From positions 2,170,001-2,234,000 of the forward strand of contig CAUYUJ010000001.1 in the NCBI GenBank assembly GCA_963575745.1: a stretch of 64,000 bases of DNA, given 5' to 3'. Every line of letters starts with the position of its first letter. Positions within the stretch are counted from its first letter, which is position 1. A program made the translations under genes and the position numbers. Below the pieces are notes generated by a model. The model was not told where the DNA came from. It searched no databases and was given only the letters and a program-made list of their open reading frames with translations. This DNA is from Prorocentrum cordatum (taxonomy: Eukaryota). Shown in pieces: positions 24,849-37,781 of this stretch.

Positions 24849-27800
24849 CTCGAAGCCCGTTGGACGTAACCCGCCAGCCCATGACCCATGACATACAAAC
24901 TCCACGCGTCGACGACGCTGGCGATGCTTTTGCCAATCAAACAAGAGGACGCATCGCCGATGCTTCGGCGCTGCATCGCCGATTCCAGGTCGCTCCCCCG
25001 GAGCTGAGCCCGTGTTGGGGTGGCCATGCCCTCGCGGACACGTGAGGGGCCATTGCCCAGCCTCTACGTGGCGGCCCCTGGGGAAGGGCATTGGCGCGGC
25101 CGTTGACCCGCAAAGGTCGAGGTCGTGGCTTGCGCGACAGATGTATTGCGGGCACATCGGCCCAGGGGGCGCGCGCGCGCGCGCCCGCGCGCCGCGCGTC
25201 GAGCGACGGCGTCACGCGCCCTGGAGTCGCCCCAGAAGCCTCCAGAGTTCACCGACGCGGAGTGGCGCGCGTTGGAGCGCCTGGAGCGCCCGGGGAGGCC
25301 TGGAGCTGCTGTGGCAGCGACTGGGCCGCGCTTGGAAGCGCCTGGGGGACGCTTGGGGATTGTTTGGAAAAGCTCTGGGAACGCCTGGGAGCGCTCCCAA
25401 GAGTTCACCGACGCGGAGGGGCGCGCTTCGAGGCGCCCGGAGCGTTTGGGGGAATTTGGAGCCGCTGTGGCAGCTCCTGGGCCGCGCCTGGAAGCGCTTG
25501 GGGGACTCCTTGGAAGCGCCTGAGCAGCGCCCTGGGGCCGCCTGGGAGCGCCGAGGGCACCGACGCGCGCAGGCGTGCACAGGGTCGCTTTTTTTTCCGC
25601 GCGGGATCGCACGAGTTGGAGGCGCTCCTATGCGCGGCGGAGTTTTTTTTTGCAAGGGATTCGGGCCGCGCGCACGGGAAACCATATTTGTTGCGAGGGC
25701 TTCGGGCCACACGGGCAGGAAACCGCATTTTCCCTTCAATGGAAAGTGGGGGCCGATAAAAGGAGCGGCCGAAGGGGCGGCGCAAGGGATTTGCGAGTTT
25801 TCCAGTATTTTTAAGTTTTTACTTATTCCGGCTAGGGCCAACGAGCCCCGCTCGAAGCCCGTTGCGCGCATCCCACCCGCCCATGACCCATGACATACAT
25901 AAACGCAGAAATCAACGCGTCGACGATGCCGGCGATGCTCTTGCCAATCTGACAGGACGACGCATCGCCGATGCATCGGCGTTGCATCGCCGATTCCAGA
26001 TCGCCCCCTCAGAGCTGAGCCCCCGGCCATGGCCTCGCGAATACCTGGGGTGCTATTGCCCAGCCTTCGCGTGACGGCCCCTGGGGAAGGCGCGGGCGTG
26101 TTTCTTAACACGCAAGGTTCGAGGTCGCGCCCGTGCCCTTCGCGAAGGACATTATGAGCGAACATTTGCGCGACCGATGTATCGCGAGCGCATATGCCCA
26201 GGGGACGCGCGCGGGAACCCGCGCGCCGCGCGTCGACCGGCGGCGTCACGCGCTCTGGAGTCGCCCCAGAAGCCTCCAGAGTTCATCGACGCGGAGTGGC
26301 GCGCTTTGCGGAGCGCTTCGGGGAACCTGGAGCCGTTGTGGCAGCTTCTGATCAGAGCATCCGTTCGGCCCAGGGATGCTTTGCGCTAAGCATTCCGGCG
26401 CTTGGTGGGCGCATTGGAAGCGCCCGGGCAGCGCTTGGGAACCGCCTGGGGGCGCCACGGGCACAGACGCGCGCTCGCGTGCACGGCATCGATTTTCGTT
26501 TGACCGGGATCGCAAACATTGGAGGCGCCTCCATGCGCCGCGGAACTTGTTTTGGAATGGGCTTCGGGCCGCATGCTCGGGAAACCATATCTGTTGCAAG
26601 GGATTCGGGGCGCACGGGCAGAAGACCGTATTCGCACGATGCAAAGCGGGGCGGATAGAAGGGTCGGCCTAAGGGAGGACAAGACACCCCCTAGATAGCA
26701 AGCCGTCTAGCTCACGCCCACCCTCCCTCCCAACACATAAGTAGCACCCGAGCCTCAACACGTGCAGCGGTTGTCTTTGGATGGACTGGGAACCAAAACC
26801 GGCCCCATGCGCGCGACGCTGGGGCGAGGTGCGCCGCGCGTGCCAGGCGCGCCACGCGCGCCAGGCACCCTTGGGGCCCGAGCGTGCCATCCACGCCTGG
26901 TGCGCCAGATGCACCACGTGCTCCGCGTGCGCCTGGTGTGCCGAATGATTATTCCAGCCGCGCCAGGTGCGCCGCGTTCGGGGCACGCGCAGACTGCGTC
27001 AGGTGCGCCTGCGCACGTGACAGCGCGCATCGGGAAACATAGATCGGCCCCCACCATCCTTGTCGAAAAGCAATGCCCATCATTGTGTCTGGTAGGCCGT
27101 ATCCCACCCACCCAGGAACCCATGACACTCAGAACTCAACGCGTCGACGACGGCGGTGCTCTTGCCAATCGGACAAGACGACGCATCGCCGACCCATCGG
27201 CGTTGCATCGCCGATTCCAGGTCGGTCCCTCGGAGCTGAGCACCCGTATCGAGGCGGCCATGGCCTCGCGGAAACCCGGGGGGCCATTGCCCAGCTTCCA
27301 AGTGGCCTTCCCCGGGGAAGCCTCCGCGTGCCCTTCGCGAAGGACACTTTGAGCGAACATTTGCGCGACAGATTTATCGCGAGCACATCTGCCCAGGGCG
27401 CGCGCTCGGTCACACGCTCGCCGCGCGTCGACCGGCGGCGCCACGCGCCCCGAAGTCGCCCAAGAAGCCTCCAGAGTTCACCGACGCGAGGGGCGCGCTT
27501 TGGAGCGCCTGGGCGACGCTCGGGACTCGCTTGGGAAAGCTTTGGGAACGCCTGGGAGCGCCTCCAAGAGTTCACCGACGCGGAAGGGCGCGCTTTGAGG
27601 CGCCCTGAGCGCTTGGGGGAATTTGGAGCCGCTGTGGCAACTCCTGGGCCGCGCCTGGAAGCGCTTGGGGGACGCCTTGGAAGCGCCTGAGCAGCGCCTG
27701 AGAACCGCCTGGGAGCGCCACGGGCGCAAACGCGCGCAGGCGCACACGGAGCCGTATTTTTTGACGGGGGTCGCACGAGTTGGAGGCGCCTCTGTGCGCC

Positions 27801-29665
27801 GCGGAGCGTTTTATGCAAGGGGCCCGGGCCGCGCGCGCGGGAAACATTTGTCGCAATGGATTTGGGCTGCATGGACGGGAAACCACATTTTCTACTATGG
27901 AAAGCGGTGGCTGTTATAAGGAGCGGCCGACGTGGCGGCCTAAGGGACTCGAGGGTTTTATCATTTATAGGCTTTTCGTGATTAGGGTTCGGGTCCACTA
28001 GCCCCTCTCGAAGCCGGTTGGCGCGCATCCCACCCACCCATGACCCACGACGCGCAGAACTCAACGCATCGACGACGACGGCGATGCTCTTGCCAACCAG
28101 ACGAGACGACGTATCGCCGATGCATCGGCGTTGATCGCCGATTCCAGGCCGCCCCCTCGGAGCGGAGCCCCCGCATCGAGGCGGCCATGGCCTCGCGGAA
28201 AGGGCCATTGTCCAGCCTCCACGCGGCGGCCCCCTTGGGAAGGGCACGGGCGCGGCTCTTGGCCGGCAAGGGCCGAGGTCGCGCCCGTGCCCGTCGCGAA
28301 GGACGCTCTGGGCGAACACTTGCGCGACAGACGCGTCGCGGGCACATCTGCCCAGGGGGCGGGCACGTGCACCCGCGCGCCGCGCGTCGAGCGGCGGCGG
28401 CGCGCGCCCCGGAGTTGCCCAGGAAGCTTCAGAGTTCACCGGCGCGGAGGGGCGCGCTTTCGAGCGCCCAGAGCGCCTGGGGAAACCTGGAGCCGCTGCG
28501 GCAGCTCCATGGGCCACGCGCCCGGGTGCGCCTGGGGGGGCGCCTTGGAAGCGCCAGGGCAGCGCCTGGGAACCGCCTGGGAGCGCCGCGGGCACAGACG
28601 CGCGCAGGCGCGCACGGGATTTTAGTTTTTTGTTGGAAGGGATCGTACGAGTTAGAGGCGCTTCTGTGCGCCGCGGAGCAGTTCGTTGCAAGGGATCCGG
28701 GCCGCATGCACGGGAAACCATATTTGCTGCAAGGGTTTCAGGCCGCACGGGCAGAAAACCGTATTTTCTAGAATGGGAAGTGGGCGCGGATATAAGGAGC
28801 GACCGAAGGGGCGGCCTAAGGGATTTGAGGGCTTATATATGCGTATTATATAGATACACTCTCCGCCATAGGGTCCACTAGCCCCTCTCGAAGCCCGTTG
28901 GACGTATCCCACCCACCCACGACCCACGACGTGCAGAACTCAACGCGTCGATGAAGACGGCGATGGTCTTGCCAATCACTGTCGAGAAGCATCCCGAACT
29001 CACCGAGCGGGGTCTGCGCTTTGGAGCGCCTGGAGCGCCTGGGCAGGCCCGGAGCTGTTGTGGCAGCAATTGGGCCGCGCCTGGAAGCGCTCGGGGGACG
29101 CCTAGGGATCGCTTGGGAAAGCTTGGGGAACGCCTGCGAGCGCCTCCAAGAGTTCACCGACGCGGAGGGGGGCGCGCTTTGAGTTGCCCAGAGCGCCTGG
29201 GGAAACCTGGAGCGCCACGGGCACAGACGCGCGCAGGCGTGAAGGGTATCGTATTTGTTTGACGGAGATCGCACGAGTTGGAGGCGCCTCTGTGCGCCGC
29301 GGAGTGTTTTATGCAAAGAACTCGGGCCGCATGCACGGGGCACCACATGTTGCTGCAAGGGACCCGTGCCGCATGGGCAGAAACCTGTATGTGTTACATG
29401 GGAGGGTGAGGGCGGACATATTGGGCAGCCGAAGGGGCGGCCTCAGGAAATTGCTGCTGTTTATGATCACTACGGCGGCGGCATCGGATAAGGAACGTCT
29501 TCCTGGGGCCCAGACCCTGGCGCACTCCTTGTTGTTTCGAGGCGAGGTCGGTGGCCCAGGTTTGGCCGCCCGTCGGTCGCGACACCTTGGATTCCTTATC
29601 GAAGGCATCCTTATTTAAAACCTCCACCGTATGATTTTTATTGGTATTAATGCATGTTTTTGTTA

Positions 29666-30905
29666 TATAGGAAAGAGCGTGTTCTACCGCTGCTGGCGGA
29701 AAACCGGGGGGGGTCACTACCGGTTCGAACCCCTCCCCCTCCCCCCCCCTTCCGGAAAACCGGGGGGGGTCACTACCGGTTCGAACCCCTCCACCCCCCC
29801 CCCCAGCTCATCATGAAAAGGGGGGGGGGTCACTACCGGTTCGAACCCCCCCCCCCCTCAAAAAACCGAGGGGGGGGGTCACTACTAGTTCGAACCCCCA
29901 CCCCCTCGAAAACCGAGTGGGGGTGCGGACAGTGGTGGAAACGGTGTTGGTGGGGACAGTGGTGAGGGGACAGCGGGACAGTGGTGGGGACAGTGGGACA
30001 GTGGGACAGTGGTGGGGACGGTAGTGGTGGGGACAGTGGTGGGGACAATGGTGGGAACAGGGGGGGACAGTGGACAGTGGTGGGGAAGGTGGTGGGGATA
30101 GTGGTTTGGGGACAGTGGGAATGAGGTGGAAACAGTGGGACAGTGGAGGGTACAATGGTGGTGGGGACAGTGGTGAAGGCGGTGGCGAGGACGGCGGTGG
30201 GACAATGAGACAGAGGTACAGTGGGGACAGTGGTGGGGACAGTGGGGACAGTGGTGGGAACAGTGGGACAGCTCAGTGGGACAGCGGAGGGGTCAGTGGG
30301 ACAGTGGGGACAGTGGGGATAGTCGGGCAGTGGTTGGGGCCGTGGAGACAGTGGGGAGAGTGGAACCGTGGTGGGAACAGTGGTGGGGACAGTGGGGACA
30401 GTGCGACAGTGGTGGGGGCACTGGTGGGGACAGTAGGGACGGTGGTGGAACCAGTGGGGACAGTGGTGGTGAGGACAGTGGTGCTGGGAACAACAGTGGG
30501 GGATGTGATGCGGACGGTGGTAGGGACCGGGAGTCGTTTGCTGGCGGTGCGTGGGGGGGGGGGGTCGAACCGGTAGTGGGTCCGGTCGGAACCCCCCCCT
30601 CCGGTTTTCGAGGGGGGGGGGGTTCGAACCGGTAGTGACCCCCCCCGGTTTTCCGGATCCGGAGGGGGGGGGGGGGGGAGGGGTTCGAACCGGTAGTGAC
30701 CCCCCCGGTTTTCGAGGGGGAGGGGGGGGGGGGGGGAGGGGGGGGGGGAGGGGGGGGGTTTGCCGGGGGAGGGGGGGGCGGGGAGGGGTTAGGGGAAGGG
30801 GGGGGATTTTCGGAGGGGGGGGGGGGGGGGGCACCCCCGGGTTCCGGAGGAAAAGGTTGGCAATGTTCCACAGTAAAGCGGCGGTGGATCACGCTCTCTC
30901 TTATA
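29666..30905. mobile_element. Foldback element with TIRs, inverted subterminal repeats and an internal (GGGACAGTG)n satellite
   Basis: Terminal TATAGGAAAGAGCGTGTTCTACCGC pairs imperfectly with GCGGTGGATCACGCTCTCTCTTATA. GGGGGTCACTACCGGTTCGAACCCC occurs ~4 times on the left and its reverse complement 2-3 times on the right. Confidence 0.8.
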
Positions 30906-30934
30906 TTGATACATGCTCTTAGTTTTCGCGGTTC

Positions 30935-31340
30935 GGGATTTGGTTCAGGGGTTACGGTAGGGTTTACGTTTAGGGTTATGGGTGAAGGTTAGGGGTTAAG
31001 GTGGGGGTGAGGGTTAAGGCTAGGAGTGGTTAGGGTTGGGGGTGTAGGGTTACGGGTCAGGGGTCTAGAGTTAAAGGTTAGGGTTTGGGGTCAAAGTGGG
31101 GGGTAGGGTTAGGGGTTTGGTAGGGATTGGGGTGGGGGTTAGGGGTCCCGGCTAACGGTTAGGGTAGGGGCTAGGATTGGGGTATGGAGTGGGGTAAAGT
31201 GTAGGGATTCGGGTTAGGGGTTATGGGCTGGGGTTCGGGTGTAGGGTTAGGGTTTTGGTTAGGGTTTTGGATTTGGTGTTCGGCTTAGGGGCTGGGGTTA
31301 GGGGTTAGGGCAGGGGTTCGGATTAGGGTTAGGGGTGGTA
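30935..31340 (+). repeat. Degenerate telomere-like tract
   Basis: TTAGGG, TTTAGGG and GTAGGG variants in the same orientation as the other tracts. Confidence 0.8.
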
Positions 31341-32179
31341 GGGATCGGGCTCCAGAGCGAAGAGGCGGCGTGGCGAAAGGGGGGGGGAGGAGGGGGATCC
31401 GAAGTTTGAGTCACAAGGGGGGATCCTCCTCCTCCTCCTCCTCCTCCTCCTCCTCCTCCTCCTCCTCCTCCTCCTCCTCCTCCTCTCTCCTCCTCCCTCC
31501 TCCCTCCTCCCTCCTCCCTCTTCCCTCCTCCCTCCTCCCTCCGCCGACGACGGACCGGGAAAGGGTGGGGCGTGCGCCGACTACGAACCGGGAAGCGGGG
31601 GGGGTTCGCCGACGACGGACCGGGGAAAGGCGGGGTGGTCCCGGACCTTCCCACCTTGGGGGGATCCAGCGGCGCGTCTTCAGTCTTTCACCCCAGATGC
31701 GCTTTTGATGTCCCCCCGCACCGGAAGGGGCCCCGAAGCGTGTTCGAGGAAACACGCCCGGATTGAAACAAGTTGATCGTCGGAAGTCTGATCTTCAGAT
31801 AGGCCCAGAGGACGCGCTCCGCATTGGCGGCTCGCTCGCACGTTCGCTCACCCATCCCTCAAGGCCTGGTTGTCGGGTCGGACGAACGGGGGGGATCTGC
31901 AGAGAGGGGGGCACGGAATTTGCTGCATGCAGCTGGTTTCGGAACCCAATCCCCTCCGATCGTTTCATCCGAATCATTGAACCACGCCTGCGATCCGACG
32001 CTGCGGAAAAAAACACAACATCCCGAAAAAACACTCCCGGAACCCTAGACCCCATGTTTTCCCTGCCTAGGCTCTGCCTAGAAGGGTTCTTACTCTCTGG
32101 GCTTAAAGGGGCCGGGCAGTGGAAAGCGCCCCGGGCGGTTCCCCCAGTACCCGCCCCGCGGTTCCCCCAGTTACGTCCC

Positions 32180-32656
32180 CTTAGCTTAGCGTTGCTTATC
32201 TCATCTTAGCTTAGCTTATTTCATCTTAGCTTAGCTTAGCTTCATCTGAGCTCAGGTTTATCTTAGCTTAGCTTATCTTCATCTTAGCTTCGCTGAGCTT
32301 TAGCATAGCAGAGCACAGCATAGCATAGCATAGCGTAGGATAGCACAGCACATCATGTCATAGCATAGCCCAGCATAGCATAGCACAGCGCAGCATATCA
32401 TAGCGCAGCATAGCATAGCATAGCGTAGCATAGCATAGCATAGCATAGCGCAGCGTAGCATATCATAGCATAGCATGGCATTGCATAGCTTAGCATGGCA
32501 CAGCGCAGCATGACATAGCATAGCTTAGCATGGCTTAGCATAGCATATCATATCATAGCACAGCATAGCATAGCATAGCATAACGCAGCATAGCATAGCA
32601 TAGCATTGCATAGCATAGCGCAGCATAGCATGGCATTGCATAGCATAGCATAGCAA
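32180..32656. repeat. Adjacent pentamer satellites (CTTAG)n then (TAGCA)n
   Basis: Read directly, with the switch at ~32300. Confidence 0.95.
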
Positions 32657-33470
32657 CTAATGCTGCTTTCCTAGGGGCTCCAACTTCTGGGTAGGGTCGC
32701 ACTGGGGTAATCTGCGGTATTTCTCGAGCCGCATCGCTCTGTGATGGCCCTGGGACCCGAAACCAGGCGAAAACGCCGGGTGTGCAGAGACTGCAACGCC
32801 CGCCCAGACAACAGGCGCTTTAACTTTTTCGACACATGAGCCCCCGACCTCGCGACCACTTCCCCAGGACCGGCTTTTCACCCCGAGCCGTTTCTTGACA
32901 TCCCCAGGGCCCGGGGAGGTCCCCCAGAGGCCGAACGTGGCGAAAAACCTCCCGCCGTGATTTTCTTCACGTCCCGAGGGGCTCTGGGATCGCAGGGGCC
33001 GCAGGACCGCCCAGCGGGCCCGGCTCCGGCCGCCCCCGCCCGGCGGCGGGGCCGCGGCCGCGCGGCGCGACGGAGGCGGCCTCGGCGTGCGGCGCCGCGG
33101 GCGCGGCCCTCCTCGGCGCCCGCCACCGCGGGCGCGGGGTGCCTCGCCGAGGCGCGGGGGGCGCGGCCCGGCCAGGCGCCGAGGGAGCCGCCGCGAGCGC
33201 GGGGGAGCGCGGAAAGGACCCCGAGGGGGGCTGCAGATTGTCCAGTTCGCTGGCCAGCCAGCCGATTGGCTGGCTGGCCGCGGGCTGGTCGGCTGGCCGA
33301 TTGGCTCGCGGGTTCGCTGGTTCGCTGGCTCGCTGGCCCAGCCGATGTGGAGGCCAGCCAACCAGCCTTGCAACCAGCCAGGAAGCCGAAATCCACCGCC
33401 AGAATATGTCCACTTCCACCGCTTCTCGGAGTCGTGTTCTGAGATTCCGAGGAGCGGTGAGCATGGATAT

Positions 33471-33635
33471 CCAAGGGCTCCCTCGAGGGCGCGAAGTTAT
33501 TCGCGCTTCGCGCTTCGCGGTCCTCGTTCCTTCTCCCCCTCCTCCTCGTCCTCCTATTCTCCCTTTGGGAGGGCGGCGCGAGAGCGCGAAGTTATTCGCG
33601 CTTCGCGCAGCGCGAAGCGCGAAGTTGGGAGCCCT
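33471..33635 (+). repeat. Dispersed repeat, near-identical to 23480-23650
   Basis: AAGGGCTCCCTCGAGGGCGCGAAGTTATTCGCGCTTCGCG...GCGAAGTTGGGAGCCC at both sites. Confidence 0.85.
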
Positions 33636-34037
33636 AGGATATCTGCCCGCAGTGGATAAGGTCATGTTCTAGCGGCGCAGGACAGGTGCCGGTGCTCGGC
33701 CGCGCGCCTGGGGGGAAGTGAGAAGGTGCGGGCCTCCCCAGGCTAGGAAGGCCTCGGGCCTCTGGCAAAGTTGCCCGAGCCTTCCCCGACGCAAAAAACT
33801 GTTCAGAAGGCTGGAGGGCTTCGGAGAAGCCCCGCCGCCTTCTGAGAAGGCCTGCTCCTCTTCACTTCCCCCCGGGCGCGCCACCAAGATACCGCTATCC
33901 TGAGTTGCAGGCGTTGCAGGCGTTGCAAGATTTTGCCACACCCTGCGCTTTCATCCAGTTTCGTGCCCTGGGACCATCACAGATCGATCAGGCTCGGAAA
34001 GTGCAGCAGAAAGGTTGGGTCTAGGGTCTCGGTCGTG

Positions 34038-34532
<495 letters not shown>

Positions 34533-34703
34533 CGTCGCATTGTTTTCGCAACGTCGGATCTCAGGTTACCGTTGCTTCGGTTTCGTCTTGGTTGGCCTCC
34601 TGGGAGGCCATCGTCGCCACCGCCGGGTTCGCCTCGCAATTCTGATCAGAACGCACCCGGGGAGAGGTACGGGGAGAATTTGTATCGGTACCTCTTGCTG
34701 TCC

Positions 34704-35102
34704 CTGAAGGAACTCTTTGTCGACGCGGCCATCTTCGTCGCGTGCCAGGTGTTCTTCCGCGCCACGGACTGCACCAACGCCTCCAGCTGCGCCATCCCGT
34801 GGGTACTGCCGGCCGCCCGCGTGTTCTTTGTGTGCTTCAACGTGCTGCTCCTCGGCTCCCAGGTTTTCTTGAGCAGGAGAGCCCGGCAGATCGGGGGGGC
34901 GGACGCGATCGAGGACGCAGAGTACATGGAGGCGCGCCTCAAGAAGTTCTCCGTCAAAGCGTTGTTGCTCTATTCTGTGCATTCTTATTTCGGACTCATG
35001 GCTCCGTTGGTGTGCAGTTGTCTCATCACTGCGTACGGGCTGCCTTTCTTCCGTGATCGAGAGAAGTCTTATTGGGCGAAGTACGGAGATCTTAATTCTT
35101 AG
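34704..35102 (+). CDS. Small membrane protein, Pho88/Snd3-like, paralogue 1 (CTG where paralogue 2 has ATG, so it may be a terminal exon)
   Basis: Gap-free 132-codon alignment to 43033-43431 with mostly synonymous differences. It has hydrophobic segments and EDAEYMEARLKKFSVKALLLYSVHSYFGLMAPLV, resembling the Pho88 D..E....K........H......PL pattern. The family call is by eye. Confidence 0.75.
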   Translation: MKELFVDAAIFVACQVFFRATDCTNASSCAIPWVLPAARVFFVCFNVLLLGSQVFLSRRARQIGGADAIEDAEYMEARLKKFSVKALLLYSVHSYFGLMAPLVCSCLITAYGLPFFRDREKSYWAKYGDLNS

Positions 35103-35439
35103 GCGATGATGCGTCGCACCTCGACCAGCGTTGGAACGATGTTCAGCCGACATGGATTGTCTCGTCAACGTGGGGTCCCGTTACCCGACCGTCCTCCTGC
35201 GTAACCTCTGGGAGGCGCCGACTACACAGTGAGACCGAATTCGGCCAGGTCCGTCTGTGTCAGACCAAGTATATGTCTGGTTAGGCTTGGTGCCAGCGCA
35301 GTCGACGAGCCTTCTCCGGCTGGGAATAGACATGTAAGTGTCTGGAGAGAGGCCCTTCGGCCAGGTAGCTGGTTCGCTGCCATTCGAAGGGAGTTTAGGT
35401 CCGCAGCTAAGCAGGGCCATAGCACTCACGTTCTGTTTT

Positions 35440-37500
35440 GATGTTCCTGACATGTTTATCGAAGACGCCTGCGGCGAACCACCGCCGCTCCCTACCGTTT
35501 GGAAATGATTATGTGGCCAAACGTTGGGCCCAATTTTGGCCAAGCCATTGGACTAATATGTGCCCCCCTCCTCTCTGGGGCCGTCTTATGGCCCTCTTGG
35601 GTCGGTCTTGTGGCCCTCTTGGCCCGTCCTGGGAACCTCTTGAGGGCTCTGGGGGCCGCCTCGGAATAACTTGGAGGCAGCTTGGGCCGTCTTCGGCTGT
35701 CGGATGCCCAAAACGGGGAGAACGCGAACATCGTTCAACTACCAATTGTAAATCAGTGAGTTTGGTTTCTTCAGGTCCTCCTGGAGAGCCCTCTTAGAGC
35801 CCTCTTGGGCGGCATCTGGGACTCATGAGGCAATGTTGGCGGTCTTCGCCGCGTCTTGGAACCATCTCGGAGGCCATCTTGGGGCACCTAGGCCTTGCTG
35901 GGGCACGTATTGGAGCCATCTTGCCTTGCGGAAGGGCCAACAGCGAATGATGAAGTATGGTACGCCAGGCATGTTTGTGGCAGGCCAACGGGCGCGGCAG
36001 ATCGAAGACGCTTGCGGCGAATCACCGCCGCCCCCTTGCCTTTTTGGACGCGCCCGTGTTGCCGAGCGTTGCAGCCAGAGCTCGGCCAAGCTATCGGAGT
36101 CTGTGTTCCAGCCGTTGTGGAAACCCGCCGGGGCGATCGTGGGGGTAAAAAGAAGAAGAGGAGGAGAGAGAGGAGCAATGAGGAGGAGGAGGAGGAGGAG
36201 GAGTCTTCGTGGGAGCCTCTTCGGGCACTCCTGGGGTCTCCTGGGAGCTTCCTGGGGGGCCTCTTCGAGGCCTCTCGGGGGCCTCCTTGGGTATCGAGGG
36301 GGCCTTTGGGGACTTCCTGATGGCCTTTTCTGGTAGTCTTGGTTTGTTTCTGGCGCGTCTGACGCCGTCGGGTGCCGCCTTGGGGGCCTCTCTGAACCGA
36401 TGTGGGGCCGTCTTGGGGCGCTTCAGGGCCACATCTGAGGCCATCTTGGGTATCTTGGAGACCTCTTGGGCCGTCGTGGGGCCATCTTGGGGTCTCTTGG
36501 GCCGTCATGGGGGCATCGGGGAGGTCTCTTCGGCGATCTCGAGGGCATCTTGGGACGTCGGGAGGCCGAACAGGAGCAGATGCCCCAATCCTTCAAACAC
36601 CGAAGGTACAGCAATGCTTTGTGTCTCTTCTGGTTCTTCTGGAGGACCCCTTTAGGGCCTCTTGGGCCGCATTCGATGCCCCGTTAGGGCCTCTCGGGCC
36701 ATCTTGATTGAGGCAATCTTAGGCCGTCTTGGGTGCATCTTGAGTCGTCTTGGGAGCCTCTTGCGGTTATGGCCATCTTGGCCGTCTTGCAGGCCATCTT
36801 GACCGTCTTGCGGTGGTTCGGCATGGATCTACGCAGCCTTTCGGGTGGTCGGCGGGTTGGGCCGCGACCCCATTGGGATCTCTAACAAGAACTAAGCCCA
36901 CTCAGAAGTTCAGCGCGCCGTGCACCCTGTGGCACACCACGGAGGGCGGCGGGTCGAAGACGCCTACGGCGAACCACCGCAGCCCCTTGCATTTGGAAAC
37001 GCCCACGCGGCCAAACGTTGGACCGAAGCCTGGCCACGCTATCGGACTATGTGTTCCCCCAGCCGTTGTGGAACCTCTGGGGGGGAACACTTGGGAGAAG
37101 AAGAGGAAGGAGCAGGCGAGGGAGGAGAAGGAGGACGAGGAGGCGAGGAAGGAGAAGGAGGAGGAGGAGGAGGAGAAGGAGGAGGAGGAGGAGGAGGGAG
37201 AGGAATAAGACGAGGCTTGGTTATGTCCTCTTGGGGCCTCATGCTTCCTGGGAGCCTCTTGGGGGCACCCGAAGGGCCTCTTCCTGGGGCCTCGTGGGGC
37301 CTGCTGGGGCCTCTTGGTGGCATCCTGGGAGCTTCTGGGAGCCTCTCGGCCCGTCTTGGAGACATTTTGGGACCGTCTCGGAGGCCATCATGGGCCATCT
37401 AGGCCGTCTTTGAAGTATCCTAGCGGCCATCTTGGCCGTCTTGGGGAGAGTTGGTTTGCACGTTGAAGTCGTCATGCGTCCTTGCGCGTCCTTCCGCGTC
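35440..37500. repeat. Composite repeat family of GGCCTCTTGGG/GGCCATCTTGG low-complexity arrays with a conserved block
   Basis: CGAAGACGCCTGCGGCGAACCACCGC variants at ~35460, 36003 and 36955. Similar arrays at 5300-6290 and 10085-10450. Confidence 0.75.
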
Positions 37501-37730
37501 CTTCTGGGCGGCCAGTTGGTTGAGCCGAAGGCCCACGGCATTTTTGTGACAGCGAAAAACCAACAATTGCCTAACGTTCGGCACGCCGTGCACCCTTGCG
37601 GCAAGCTAACAGGGGGCGGCGGATCTTGTGGCCGTCGGCCTCTTCCGCCAACGTGCTTGGGTTCTGGGTCAGGGTCCTCTTGGATGCCTTTTGGGTCTTG
37701 GGGTCGGAGGCAACGACAAAAGGGGATAGG

Positions 37731-37781
<51 letters not shown>

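Larger units (their letters stand above)
19020..29450 (+). repeat. Head-to-tail array of a ~0.9-1.2 kb GC-rich repeat unit, partly interrupted
   Basis: Unit head GGGTCCACTAGCC...CGAAGCCCG.TGG...CCCACCCATGACCCA.GAC...AACTCAACGCGTCGACGA at ~19020, 23815, 24850, 25835, 27100, 27990 and 28870. The shared body and tail (AAAGTGGGG..CGGATATAAG...TAAGGGA) recur. Confidence 0.85.

Noticed and set aside
35527..35552. CCAATTTTGGCCAAGCCATTGG resembles an SL relic
   Set aside because: It aligns with the repeat-family block CCGAAGCCTGGCCACGCTATCGG at ~37023, so it is a chance resemblance.
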